In this document: piece by piece, positions 35,101 through 48,488 of the stretch | Layout of the letters: each line of letters begins with the position of its first letter | Numbering within the stretch: position 1 is the first letter of the stretch | Source: Marsupella aquatica | Lineage: Eukaryota > Plantae > Marchantiophyta | Assembly: GCA_973895155.1 (NCBI GenBank) | Contig: OZ316899.1 | Span: 5,769,241 to 5,833,240 of the forward strand | Direction: 5' to 3' | DNA length: 64,000 nucleotides | The notes under the pieces: generated by a model | What the model saw: only the letters and a program-made list of their open reading frames with translations | Told to the model about the DNA's origin: nothing | The model's database searches: none | Made by a program: the position numbers and the translations under genes

Positions 35101-36845
35101 TCATGGCAAAGTGCAAACATATCAGATAACAAGGCATTGCTTGCCTTGTGTTTGGCCTGTAGATTCATCAACCCCAAGATAGCAGAAAGACGACTCAAAC
35201 GAGCACCCTCATAGATAGGAGTTTGGGCATGTTCCTCTGCTTCCTCCCATTGGCGCTGTCCCTCGGGGGTATGTCTTGGTCGTGGATCATTGGGGGGCAC
35301 ATGACCTCCTTGATCAGCAGACACCTCAGCATCATCACCAGGGACGTCAACACCAAACCAATCAACCATAAAATCATCCATGGCTCTATCTTGGTCATCA
35401 ATAACCTGTTCATATGTTCTGGGTACATTGCGATCAGGGTTGTTGCTTCCACTGTCACTTGATGAGGAATGTGACTCAGAGCCTTGTCCTTCTTCCAGCA
35501 TACCCATTTCCCGATATGCTGCTCTCAATCTTCGCGGTAACATATTTTGAGAGGGTCGCACATTCTAAAAACAATGCAAACAATTGAAAGTTACAAAGCA
35601 AATAGTTACAACATGTAGAAGAATATATGGGGGTGTGCAAACATGAAATAATATCGGTACTGGTGTAAATACAAAATGTGGCCAAACGCCATGTGTATGG
35701 TCATTTTCTAATACCACACATAGTGAGTAAACAACTCATCACCTGAGTAGCTACAACCAGACAATGGTCATGATGATATGTCTGGCCATAAGGGGCTGGT
35801 GGAGGACCCTCAATGAAAACCCACTCACAATTTTGCCTACGCTTGGGGCGAGTCCCCACCGTACTGTTTATGAAACCAGCTATATTCCCAGTTCGTATGG
35901 GGTCCCCATCTATCACCCGCTGCTCACTATACCTCCTAGTGTTTCCATCAAAAGTATCTAACTCCAAGGCATAAGTCTTCCACTCAGGATGTTGTGCAAG
36001 GATCATGTTCCAATGTCTTCTCTTGTAGATGGGTCCACCATAAGGAAACAACGTAGGTCCTTCTCGACCGCGTCCACCACTACCACTCTCGGTATCCACA
36101 ATGATGTCTTCACAAGCAAAAACTCCATAGCCATGTCTATCCCCAAGTGTGGAAGGTTTGATAACCCAACGTCTTCCCCAAACCTCTACCTCCTCACCAT
36201 AGGAAAGCTCTTGTGGCAAACCAAGAGTCTGGGGATCCCAGTCCTTGATGATAGGAACACATCTGCTAGTAAACTCACAATCACCCCACCTACCGGTAAC
36301 CACTGCCTTGTACAAATCAGTATCCCCTCGGGGCCGTCTCTTGGAACGCTTTCTCCCTCTTGGGACAACAGGCTCACCCCCAACTGCCCTAGGACTAGAG
36401 GGGGCTGTTGCTAGACCCAAGGCTTGTGAGAATGCATTGCCTATAGCATCTAGAACACCTTGTGATGGGACATAAGGTGCTGATGCCGCAGGTCTAGGCC
36501 TACTAGATACCTTTTCCACCCAAACCAAAACAAACAACAAGAGGTGTGAAATTAAAAACCTTCACCATTGCGATGTGGAAATAGGGTAGAAACTAAGGCG
36601 TAAACACTTACCACATGGGATGAGGAAGCCCCTGTTGTATGACGTCCGTAACGTCCATATCTCTCAATATGCTGGGTGCATATATAGGACTTTTTGGAAA
36701 CCTGACCCACGCATTTGGCACATTGGCAAAGCTGACGGGGTGGACCACGAGGAGGAGGTGCAGTCATGTGAGGTTGAGGAGGAGGTGGTATATCTTCATC
36801 GGAGGAGGAAGAATCTGTGGTGGAGATCTCAGAAGATGAAGACAT
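32148..36845 (-). pseudogene. CACTA TnpD/Tnp2 transposase. Predicted exons 36845-36612, 35564-34379, 34266-~32810 and ~32636-32148; one stop and one frameshift
   Basis: IHACVNDCMLF, RLGLASDG, YNLPPWL, HDYP|GFG, HLLDPMHIEGNV, LKTHDYH, PPSFFD..HLLVHL, WMYWLERYM and YGKIEEI..FKCKWF; canonical GT/AG junctions. Confidence 0.92.
35709..36510 (-). CDS. SET-domain exon inside the first transposase intron (C-terminal motif frameshifted)
   Basis: IKPSTL..GYGVFA, YGGPIY, YALEL, IDGD..GNIAGFINS, NCEW and LVVAT, then GDELFTHYVWY* in a shifted frame. AG acceptor at 36512-36511 is in phase with exon 1. Confidence 0.8.
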
Positions 36846-38209
36846 TGCCCCTACAAAGATGTATAATTTGCAAGTTAGGGGTTATTACCAAATAACATCA
36901 CAATATCAAGCTGGACAAATGTAAGTTCTCAAGTAATGATGACATGAAACCAAACACAAAAGGAACACTAAAAAATACCTTTCTGAGACCCAGGCTCAGC
37001 GGTGCCAATAGGTCTTGTGGTTCTAAAATAATGAACCGAATCTAGAAGTATGAGAAAAGCTGCAAGTACACAAAGCGAACACCTTACATACATGTCCTCT
37101 TTATAGATAGTGGGAACCAAAAATTTTAATTACATGAATAAGCCTAACTAGACCCATCTATTTTAGTCCGTACCTCCAGATGCCCGGGCTCTCACGATGC
37201 ATACGCATTAGCTAGTATCAATTCATGCAAAAGTGCCGCACCCTGCAAGTTGTCATAGCTCCTCCTCCTTTGTTAGCATAAAACCCATGGAAAAACCATT
37301 AAAACCCAAAAGATCCATAAAACCCATTAAAACCCATAAAACCCATGGTAAAACAACTAAAACATTAATCTCATCTAACCTTGCTTTGCCTTTTCCAAAC
37401 CCTCACCCCCAAACCTCTGACCTATTACAAAAACCTAGACCCTCACTCCCAATCCCCTTCCTCTCTTTTGTTTTAAACCCTAAACCCTTGCTTGAACCCT
37501 AAAAGCCTACAACCATAAATGCAAACCCTGCTTAAACCCAAAATTAAAGACTTAAACCCTAAACCCAAACCCAACTTTAATCCTAAACCCTTTCCTCACT
37601 TATTAATTTTAAACCAAAACCCAACTCTTATCAAAATTAGCCTACACCCACACCATGTATAGCTTAAAAAACGGAAGGTTTGACTGGTAATCTCGCTTTT
37701 AACCCCTAAAAAAACCAGCTTCATCCAAGACCCAACCCTAACAAACGCCGGGATTTGAAACGGCGGAATTTCTTAATTACACAAAAGGGCATAGTATAAC
37801 TTACATGGCCTAAACAAAAGGAGGAGGGAAAGAATGTGAAAAAAAATTCGCTAGGAATTGCCACGATATTGAGAACCGACCTGCTTCGCAACCTGCTTCA
37901 GAATTTGGTCACATTATTTGTGAAGCAAAATGTTTCGCAACAGCTTCAGAAAAACAGAGCCCGAGAGCGTTTTTTTGCGTCTCTGCAGCTTTGCGAAGGC
38001 TTTGCGAAGCGTGTGGTTTCGCATTGGTTTTGGAAAGTTGAGATACTAGTTGCAAAGCGGGCTGATTCGCAAATTGCGATGCGGACTGCGTCGCAAATGT
38101 GTTTGTCTGGGCATTCGGACCTTCCCGCCGGGTTACGAGGCCCATTCGATGTTTTTTGAAGTGAGGGAGGGCAGGAGGAGAGCTTGCGCGCGCTTGGTGT
38201 TGGATAGCT

Positions 38210-40253
38210 ATGGATTCTAGTGGAGGGCGTGGAGGGGATGGGGCAGGGGCAAGTGGGAGTGGCAATGGCAATGGAGGGAACAGGAATGAGGAGAGTAATC
38301 AATGGACGAATTTGATGGCCGAGCATCTCAATGCCACACAGCTGAGCCATTTGGATTTGAGTACACCAGCTGGGATTGCTTCTTTGAGTGCAATTCTAGG
38401 GCAAGCTTTGCAAACCGGGGTTGCAGCAGGGCAGGCTCAGAGGGAGAAAGAGGCAAAGGCTGCAGCTGAGGAGAAGGCTAGAGAGAAGAAACGAAAGAAG
38501 GAGGAGAGGGCTAAGGCAGGAGTACTCTCTCCTGCAGCCCTCGAAAAGAAGAGGAGAAGGGAGGAACGAGATGAGATTCGAGCACAACGTGAGGCGCAGC
38601 GGAAAAAGGAGGAAGAGAGGAAGAAGCTGCCATTGATTGCCTTGGTTGAGGGCATTCCTACTGAGTTGGCCTACACTGGGGCAAAGAGCACTATCAGGCT
38701 TGCTGTGAGGACTAGCTTTGCACAAGGTGTTGAGTGGGGGAAACTAAGCAGAGCAGAGCAGAGGAAAGTAATGACTCAGGTCAAAGATTCATTCAGAAAT
38801 GGAGCAGAGATTGATGACCAGTGGCTTGCAGATAGAATTTTGAATTCAATGTCTCAAGCACGATACCATGATAGGAGGAAGGTGAGGGCCTACCTGGCAA
38901 GCTTGCAGGAGTACAGGAACGTGAGGAGGCCAGTGCAATTCATAGAGGATGTGTGGAATGTGTTCTATAAGGTCGAGGTGCAGCTGAAAGCAGCCAAGGA
39001 CCTCCAATTCTGGAAGGAGAAGGAGGCCAAGGCACTTCAGGCCGGGAAGTCAGACCAAGACCTCAAGGCATTGGCTGAGAAGGTCTCTCAGTTGCAACAC
39101 ATCGTGGATGAAGTGGGGACACCACCCCAGAAGTTCATCCTTGCAGCAGACCGAGTCAGCAAACGCCCCAAGACCACACACAAGATGGGGCAAGGTGGAC
39201 TTCCCGGCCTGAAAGCAACCTTCGTGAGTCCTCTCCTCTCCTCCCCTGCTTCTTTTCCTTCGCCTTCAATTGTTGTTTGCTTGCCTGCAATGCCCCTCGC
39301 AGACCTCTGCTTTACCCCTTATGGCCTCCCCTTTCGTTTTAGGTCACCCTGACACATTGCGTGCCTTAGCCATTTCTCGGATTTTTTTTAAAGCACAGTT
39401 TGCGAAACAATTGCGAAGCGGGTTGCCTCGCAATTGTTTCGCAAACTCTATTATAACCTTTTTCCCGTAAGGTTTGCGAAGCCATTGCGAAGCAATCCGA
39501 TTTGCAGTCTATTTCGCAAACTTAAATATATTTGAATTTGCGAAGGTGGGAGTTTTGCAAAGCTTGTTTCATTTTGAAAAATGTTTAGTGTCGAGTGACA
39601 AATGTTTGTTAGGGTAATGGGGTTTTTTTCTGGTTAGGGTACCCTTTTTACCCTTTTTAGGATTCCTTTTTTGCTTAAGTACCCTTAGTTACTAACCCGG
39701 GCCCTTATGTTTTGGTGTTTCATTTTTTTGTGGTAGTATAAGAGGTACCGCCGCAAGATAACAACAAAGGAGATGGAGATAGGGGCAGAGCATGGGGCCA
39801 GACATCTCTTTGAGTTGGTTGATGCAGAGTTGGCTAGTGTGAGTGATTTGTAGTACCCTTTCTAAACCCGCACCCATTCCATTTATAAGGTTTATACATT
39901 TTTCCTATTAACCCTAAACCCGAATTAACCTTGTGACATGGAAGCAGGATAAGGAGGAGCAGGAGGGGAGTGAGGATAGCAGTGAGGAGGATAGCGGCGC
40001 TGATGATGGGGACACTACCGGGGCCACCACGAGTGGGTCCAGAGGGGCAGGGAGTGCTGCCACACCTAGCACACCAGGAGACCAGGAGGATGATGATGAG
40101 GATGATGACGATGATGAGGATGAGCCAGATGGGGAGGAGCAGCAGGCACCGCCACCACCACCACCACCCCCCTCCCGTCCAGCTCGTCCCGCCCAAAGCA
40201 AGAAGGACAAGGGGAAGAGGCCAGCAAAGAGGAGTAGGCGGGCTCCATTCTAG
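38210..40253 (+). CDS. CACTA second ORF (TnpA-like); three exons 38210-39223, 39737-39838 and 39948-40253, about 470 aa
   Basis: Phase-0 GTGAGT donors at 39224 and 39839 with AG acceptors give an open frame. HKMGQGG resembles Ptta/En/Spm proteins. Acidic and NLS-like tail. Confidence 0.7.
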
Positions 40254-42692
40254 AGGATGCAGATGTAGTTCACTCCATATGGCATATGGATTAGTCAAAG
40301 GACAGTGTCTTGGTATTTGATACCCCATAGGGTTTTAGAAAACCCTAATTTTTGTACATTCAGGGATTTTTGGCATATATAAAGTTTTGCTTTGGTATCT
40401 TCATGTGGAGCAATAAGACCCCAACCCAATTATGAACCCAAATATACAAAACCCAGCCCTCAAACTATCCTTGCGAAACACATGCGAACGCCATACTATC
40501 GCAAACTTGCCATACATTGAGTATTGGAACATTGCGATACTTTTGGTTCCGCAATTGTGCGACACCCTGACTGACGCAGTTATGCGATACCATATGAATG
40601 GCAACGGAATTGTCAAGACAACAGATTCGCAAATAAGTTATAGTTCAGAGCGCGTCGCAAACCGATAAAGAGTCTGTCGAGATCGCATAAATGTGATTTA
40701 TGTACGATAAAATAAGTTTTGCAGTGTGCGAAGGTGTTGCAAAGGGGTTGTGAAAGTCCGATTGCGAAGCTGTGGGTTTCAAAGAATGCGAAAGGGTTGC
40801 GATGCGTAGCGTTTTGCAAACGCCGGAATTTCATAATTTGGTCATTTGTTAGTTGCGATGGGACGGGGTTCGCAAAAGGGGTCGGTAGTGTTGTAGTGTT
40901 TGGGGAGGCTGTCCTGATGTTGTTGTGAAGTTTGGGAATGTGGCCCAACCTTGTAATATTTTTGTTCATGAGTTGTTATCGTTCCCAGTCATTTTGGGCA
41001 TGCCGTTCATAACTGCATTGAGAATGGAGACCAAAGTACTAGATGATACTACTTATATGGTGAAATTTCGGAGTAGCGATGGGATCTAGGTGGTGCAGTT
41101 CCCTGCTGTGTTCCCTAGAAATGTGCAAAACCAGAAGGAATTGCGAGAGCCAAAGACTGAGGTTGAGAGGAACTCTAATAAAGAAAGAGAACAGGGAAAC
41201 GGTTTTGCGCTCAGCTGAAGTTCGTGGACCAGCGGAGTGCTTGTGTTTTGGCTCCATAGGATAATGAGTGTTTTTCCAGTTTGTTTGTAGGTTGCACTCA
41301 AACTAGTGAAGTTACCTATGTTGGTGGGAATGAGATGACCGGACGGCACAAGAGATATGTGAAAGAAGCAAGTCAGACTTTGGCCGAGTCTAACGAGCTT
41401 GACAATGATGAGAGTCTGGAAGGGGTTTTGGTGGAAACCGGATGTGACGAGCCACTCAAGAGTGTGGTTTTTGACTTGGAAAGTGGGAAGATGGAGATAG
41501 AGTTGAGCGAGTATTAGTACTCACTCGTCTCTGAGATTGTCCATTCAAACACAAAATACAAGACCGTTGATAAGAAAGTGAGACCCGCAGCGATACCATT
41601 ACCGGATAATGCGATGGAGGTGATGGAACGAGCCAGACTGGAACCGAGATTGAGACCCGAGGGTCGAATAGGGCATGTGTTTACCCAGGAGAGTCTAGCG
41701 AGGCTCAAAATTGGTTCTGATGGGCTGCAAGGAAGCTCAAGAGTTTTTCAACCAGTACCGAATCAAGTTGAAGCTTATCAAGTTACAATCCGGAAGGCAA
41801 TGGGAAATCTGAACGAGGTCATGTTCAGATCATTAGTGCATTGGCGAAGGCCTATGATGGGGATCTTGGCAGGTGGTCGAGTCTTCTTCCACTTGCCTTG
41901 CTTGCTGATCGGATGACTTGCAGTTGTGTTACCGGATATGTTCCCGCTGAGTTGCTTACTGGACATTTGCCAATGATACCTCTTGAGGAGGACATTTGTA
42001 GTTGGAGATTGATTGGTTGGAAAGATAAAGTTTTGAGAGAAGAGTTGCTGGCTTGAAGGATTGAACATTTTGGGCTGTTACCTGCAAAGATCGAAGTGGC
42101 TTGAAAACAATTGAAAATGGCGCGGCTAAGGAACAAGGCAAGGTTCGATCGGACTCATTGTTTGAGGCCGGTTTTGGTTAAGGAAGGAGATTGGGTTTTG
42201 ATTTACGAGAGCAAGTTGGATGAGCAACACTTGAGCCAAAACAAGTTTGCTCAAAGGTGGCAAGGTCCATATGTGGTGGTGATTGTTCACCCGAATGCTA
42301 CCTATACAATTCGAGAGTTGGATGGGACTATTCACCAAGTACCTTATGCAGGGAAAAGAGTGAAAGTCTTTAAGAGGAGAACTAATAAAGGAATGGACTC
42401 AAGTTCCGACTTGAGTGAAAACAAAGATGAGGCGCTGGTCTAGGCGCATTGAAAGGACTTAGACTCGGATTTGCGCAAAGAGAAGGGAGTTCAGACAGGT
42501 TCAAAAGATTTAAGTTCTAAAGGAAGAAAAAGGGAAACTGAAGCAGATTCTGAGTACTTGGATTTTGGATTTCTTGAAGGAGAAGTGGTTCAGGCGCATG
42601 GGATAAGTTTGAGTTCCGATTCTGGTTCAGACTTAGACGATTTTGATTAAAGTGGAGCAGACCGGAGGCTGCTCAAGTTTATTGGGGGAGAA

Positions 42693-43493
42693 TGTCGTGA
42701 CAAATTGTTTTTGTGCTGCAACCAAGAATGAGGAAGTCGGTTGGTGTTCCGTTTTCTGTGAGTTGCGAATGGTTTGGAGTCGAATCATTTTGACTTCAAG
42801 CTCGACTCCAAGAGTCGATTGGCGTTCCATTTTCTGTGAGCTGCGAATGGTTTGGAGTCGAATCGTTTTGACTTCAAGCTTGACTCTGAGTGACGATTGG
42901 TGTTTTGTTTATGATGAGTTTTGGGCATGCAGAAGCTAAGGAGTTGGGAGTTGGTTGCGATTGGAATGCAAAGGGCTGTTGGTTCATCTTCTGGCGACCA
43001 AGAGTCTGGCTGTTGAGTTCTGAACCCGCCTCGAGGTGACTCGTCGGGCGGGGATGCTGCTTCTGAGGCGTATTTGAGGGTTGGGCTTCAGCTCAGTCCA
43101 GGGGGAGTTAATCATTTATGGTGATTTGGATTGAAGATTGGGGTGCTGCCGATTGTGGACCAGCAAACCTGAGTGTTGGATCGTTGGCGATGCGAGCTAG
43201 AGATTCTGAGTTTTGAGCTTGAGCACTTGAGTAATTGGATTTTGTGGATTTTCCGACTTGATAGCCTTTGAGTGGACGATAGCCCGATGGAAGATAGATA
43301 GTAGCCTGCCAAAGGGTTAGAGATCAGACTTCCACGAGTGACCCGCCCAAGGGCACCCATTGTATTGATAACAAGATTTCCAGAAAGTAAAGTGTTTGAG
43401 TTTGGGCCCCAAATTGTGTTTGTCACTCATCTGGATCGCAGCCAGAAACAGTCCGTTTTCCTGAGATGACCCTTGCATTCAGTCCACGCGACA
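42693..43493 (+). repeat. Element D 3' LTR (801 bp)
   Basis: TGTCGTG...CGCGACA after the PPT; followed by CCGG and resumption of an A-family chromodomain. Confidence 0.85.
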
Positions 43494-45461
43494 CCGGAGG
43501 AAAATTTGGGTAATGCCTCAGAGATCCTTGGAAGCTATCGTAAGTGAAGCGGCCTACCACCGTTGTGAACTGGTACAGGCAGTTGTAGCTACCTTTGTGA
43601 GTTGTATCCTAGTTTCACTCCTCTTGGCCTCTTAAGGATAAAGTTGGACTGCGTTGGTGCTAGAGGTTGTTGGGCGGCCGATTTGCTTTTCGCAAGTGGA
43701 AGTTGATGGTGCCCGCCCTACATCTGTGGGCGGGCTAGTTCAAACCAAAGGGGAGTGCCCCAAGGGGAGGACAATGGGGCTGACGAGTTTGGAGTTAGCT
43801 TACCCGTTTGGACTGACATCCTACTTGGATAAGTGAGATAGGTTGGAATTTCCTAAGTCTGGAATGCGCATACCAACCTGGTTTGCATCAGCCTGATGGG
43901 CAAACCATTTGTTACCTCATAAAAATTTTAAGGCCCAAAGTGGTCTAGGCATGTTGGAACGTTACTGAGGTCACGCGGACGTGACCATTTTTAAGGGGGG
44001 GTGCAAGTTGCGGAACTCGACTACCTTAACACAGCTCCGGCATTGTTGACTCAGACGCCGAGCTCCCTTATGGTCCAGGCCCGGATAGGCCATCCGGGGA
44101 GGACTTAGCATGGGAAGACTTGTGGGCAATGAGACGTGGCACTAGCGAGGCAAGGAGCCAAGCTGGGGGCACACACTAAGGACTTGGACTAGCCAGGCCT
44201 GGACCATAAGGGTAGCCGTCCGGACCTCCGAATGGACTTTGAGTTCTCAAGGCTTGAGAGTGAGCTCCTCTTGGGCCCAAGGCCAATGGAGTTGACGTCA
44301 TTGGCAACGGACGCTTGGGGCGCAAGTTGTGGCCCGATCCGGGTTGGGCCAGTCGGGGGCCCCGATTGGTGATCAGACCTGAGGGCCTAGGCATGAGCAC
44401 TGGGTCGGCCTGGTCACAACAAGCTAAGGCACTCCGCTTGCGGATGCCTATCAAGAAAGTTATGGGCGTTGCCAGTTGGTGGCGCACCCATTATGTGCGA
44501 TGAGATCCGGGTTGGGGGCCAAATGTTTAGGGACCAAAGCTGGTCCGGGGGTGGCAGGTCTCCAGAAGCATATATGAGGGGGGTGGTGTCTCCCTGGGGG
44601 CTAAGGGCGAGCCGAAATCGTGAGCCGCGGTGGTCGCGACACTAAGGGAAACCGCCAAACGGAAATGGCGATATCTTCCCAATGGGAAGTCCGTTGGAGG
44701 ACTTCTTGGGTGCGTTGGAAATCTCTGGAGGAGGGCTACGCCCCCTTGAGCTCAGCTGGGTCTGGGGTCCCGTGGGTTCTTGTGATTTGTGGGTGATAGC
44801 TCGTCCGCTTGCCAAATCCTGCCGAACAACAACCAAGCCGTGTTCAGTCTCCCAAGGGAGCTTGCATTGGGGAGGCAAGGCCAAGTAGGTGTGGAGGCTG
44901 AGTTCCCAGGGTGCTCGGCCCCTAGACCACCAGTGGGGCGCACCGGGAGCGGTTGCTAGAGTCGGGGCCGTTCTGGTCCCGGCGTGTTGGGACAAGCTTT
45001 AGGACAAGCTATGCTAATTGGGCCATGAGCATGTCCTGAGGTCAGGGCGGTCAGTTGGTGATGGATAGGTACGAGGGGGAACTTGGGCCACGCCCAAGGA
45101 AGGGGCTGTTCTGGACAAACAGTGGGCGTGGGTTCTGGTTCCGGCTTATGGCATCGGGAGGACCTATCGTTGACCTATTTACCAATGTCTGTTGAGCTTG
45201 AGTTAGGATGCTAGACTTGGCGAGTTCTAGATCCTGAAGGGTTATTTACCGAGGTACTTGGTTGCTTGTGTAGATAGGGAGGACCGTTGAGTAGCGATCG
45301 TGTTAGAGAGCAAGTGCGGCTTCGTATGGGAGGGGTCGCTGGCGGTGCAAGGGGCACTAGGTTGCTTGCTCGAGGTATTCCATGGAGGCTTTCGGGCACC
45401 AAGGGCACTTAGGCATGAGTGCTGGGATTGGTGAGGGCGCTGGGTGGTAAGGTCCACCACT
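43494..45461 (+). mobile_element. A-family copy A'': chromodomain end, 3' UTR, PPT and 3' LTR (44006-45461), inserted in the Helitron Rep gene
   Basis: High similarity to about 24150-26231; Helitron coding sequence starts at the base after ...CCACCACT. Confidence 0.9.
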
Positions 45462-47849
45462 CCTTTTCATAACATTTACTTCCAATCCTGAATGGCCTGA
45501 AATCATACTGGAATGCTACCCCTACCAGACCCCGGCCGACTGTGATGACATTGTTGCAAGAGTGTTCAAACTGAAGTTGAAGGCCTTGTTGGCGGATATT
45601 TGGGCAGGGGTATTAGGTAGACTTGTTGCCTCAATGTATGTCATTGAATTTCAAAAGAGGGGGCTACCGCATGCCCACATTCTGATAAGATTGGTGGAAC
45701 AACATAAGCTTTGCACCCCGGAGTTGGTTGACCAGTTGGTTTTGGCAGAGATACCGGATGCACGAGTACATCCCCAATTATATCAGACTATAATGAAGTC
45801 CATGGTGCATGGTCCTTGCGGCCGTGGGTATCCAAACTCACCTTGCATGGTTGACGGACAGTGCAGCAAGGGTTATCAGCAATCATTCTCAACCAAAACA
45901 GTTTTTGGAGATGATGGATATCCTTTGTATCGACGCCGGGATGATGGCCACAGTTTCTCAAAGGATTGCAACGGGTTTGAGTTTGACAATAGGTGGGTTG
46001 TTCCTTACAGTCCATATTTGAGCATGAGATTTAATGCTCATATCAATGGGGAGATTTGTTGCTCCATTAAAGCAATCAAGTATTTATATAAGTACTATTA
46101 TAAGGGGCACGATAAAGCAACGAGATGAAGTGAAGGAGCATTTAGATGCCAGGTATGTGTTTGTTGCTGAAGGAGTATGGCGCATTAATCAGTTTGAAAT
46201 GTCTGAGAGTACTACTTTGGTGCAATGGTTGCAAGTGCATTGTGAGGGGGAACAATTGATAATGTTCAATGAGGATTCAAAGATCAATGATGTGGTGCAA
46301 CGAGAATCTCACAGGGACACAACTCTCACAGGGTGGTTCAAAGCTAATGAATTGCATGAACATGCAAGAGAACTTTTATACAACAATTTCCCCCATGAGT
46401 TTGTATGGGATGCGTCGTCCCGTGCATGGAACCCATGAAGAAGAGGGTTTAGCATCGGTAGGATGTATTTTGTGCCGCCAGCCGCAGGTGAATGGTACTA
46501 CCTAAGGGCGCTTCTTCTTCACATCAAGGTGCAACATCGTTCATTGACCTTCGCACTTTTGAGGGCACTATATACCCAACTTTTCAGGTTGCGGCTCTTG
46601 TCCAAGGTTTGTATGAGAATGATGAGGAATGGGATAGATGCCTTCAAGAAGCGACAAGCATGCACACCGGGGCGCAAATGAGGCAACTATTTATTACAAT
46701 ATTATTGTTTGGAGGTGTTGCCAAACCGTGCGACCTGTGGACACAACATGCATCCAATTTGAGTGATGATTGTAGGCATTGTTTGCAATTGATGGGGTTC
46801 TTAGATTCAACGGAGCAACAACAACAGAGTTTTGCTCTATATTTGATGGATGAGGCTTTGAAAAGTGTTGGTAAAACATTGTTGGAGTTTAGTCTTCCGA
46901 AACCAGGTATGCAGTTTTTCCAAGAGGAGGTGAATAGAAATTGTTTGATAACAGAGGAGATATGTTATCCGATGGATGTCCTTCTACAACAACTTGCAGA
47001 ACAAGAGCCGTTATTGAATGAGGGTCAAAGGGCAACATACAATGCAATACTTGCAGCGGTTAGGACTCGAGATGGATCAACATACTTTATTGATGGACCT
47101 GGGGGGACGGGGAAAACTTTTGTGGAGAATGTTCTACTTTGGCGAGTCCGTGCAAATGGGGACGTCGCACTGGCCGTAGCTTCCTCGGGTATTGCAAGTC
47201 TTTTGTTAGATGGAGGACGCACAGCGCATTCATGATTCAAGCTACCATTGAAACCAATCTCGACATTGACATGTGCCATCCCAAAACAATCTGACCTTGC
47301 TGGATTATTGCAGAGGGCAACTTTTATTTTGTGGGATGAAGCACCCATGATTCATTGGCATGGAGTGGAGGCGTTGGATAGAACTTTATGCGATATAGGA
47401 GGTAATGACCGGATCTTTGGAGGGGTTGTAGTTGTATTTGCAGGAGATTTTTGACAAGTACTTCCAATGAAGGCAAGGGCAAGTCGTCCAAAGATTGTGG
47501 GGTCATGTTTGAAGAAGTTTTATATTTGGAGCTGTATATGGACTTTCAAGCTAACTGAAAATATGCAGGCAAGAGGAACTATTGCATCCCCTGAATTTGG
47601 TAATGTTACATTTCCGGAGTGGCTACTAAAATTGGGTGATGATAAACTCCCAAAGGGATGGTCTTCAAATAATCTAATTACTTGCCCTGAGTCTATGGTG
47701 GTGGATGGAGGACGTGTGGAATCATTGATTCATGCAATTTACCCATCTCTTGCTAATGTGGACAATAAGTTCTTAAGCAAGAGAACTATCTTGGTTCTGA
47801 CAAATGATGAGGCGCTAAAAATTAACGACTATATCTTAGAAGGACTTCC
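45462..47849 (+). pseudogene. Helitron RepHel: HUH-Y2 endonuclease and PIF1-like helicase
   Basis: [55 protein letters not shown] and AGDF*QVLP. Confidence 0.95.
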
Positions 47850-48488
47850 CTCGAGGGGGTCACTGTATGTAGGGCTCTACATCGCGTGCGACGTTTTAGG
47901 GTCTGGACCCCCTAACTTTTAAGTGAATTTTTTTTCCCCACTCCCTTACTTTCTGAAAAGCGGCCATTTTTTGAATTGTTTACCCCTATAAAACTTTATG
48001 GAAAGTTTTATGATGATTTAAAAAATGCCTATTAAGGAAAGTAAAGTACCTCAATAGTGTAGAGCCAATTGTGCAAATTGATGCGCATTTCCAATACATT
48101 CAATGAATTTGCATCTTGAAGCTGAATATCTTGTAATGCATTCATTGTCATCCAACAACTTGTAGTTTTCACTCTTGAATAGTGAAGCATGGTGGGTGCC
48201 AGATACTATGAATAGGTAACCGAACATCTTAGGTTGCCTATTCAAGGCATCGGTACTCTACCTTGTTTCACTATAAACTCCAGCATGATGATGTCCACAT
48301 CTCTACCTTCCTTCACAGACTCATGCAAGATGATGTCCACATGACGGAGGGGAATTGAACCCCTGATTGAGCATAAATCTCAATTTGCCAATCCGCCATC
48401 CCCTACTCTACTCCCTCCCACTAACCCTACACATGCATCACATACACACACAACAAACTACTTTTAATAAACAATAGTCAATTATATA

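Larger units (their letters stand above)
31248..40898. mobile_element. CACTA (En/Spm) DNA transposon, 9651 bp
   Basis: TIR CACTACAACA...TGTTGTAGTG; TSD TTT at 31245-31247 and 40899-40901; subterminal TTGCGA/TCGCAA arrays. Confidence 0.97.
30486..43493 (+). mobile_element. Element D: B-family Gypsy, 5'-truncated, RT/RNase H deleted, interrupted by the CACTA
   Basis: LGRDLDQAMYPE, TKYKTVDKKVRPAAIPLP and WQGPY match B. Frame DFL|WGGC is restored across the CACTA. PPT at 42684-42692. Confidence 0.88.

Noticed and set aside
47842-47850. 9-bp TSD GGACTTCCC suggesting a Mutator element
   Set aside because: The ninth base pairs with the terminal G of the right TIR (CTCG...CGAG), so the TSD is 8 bp; no MULE motifs seen.
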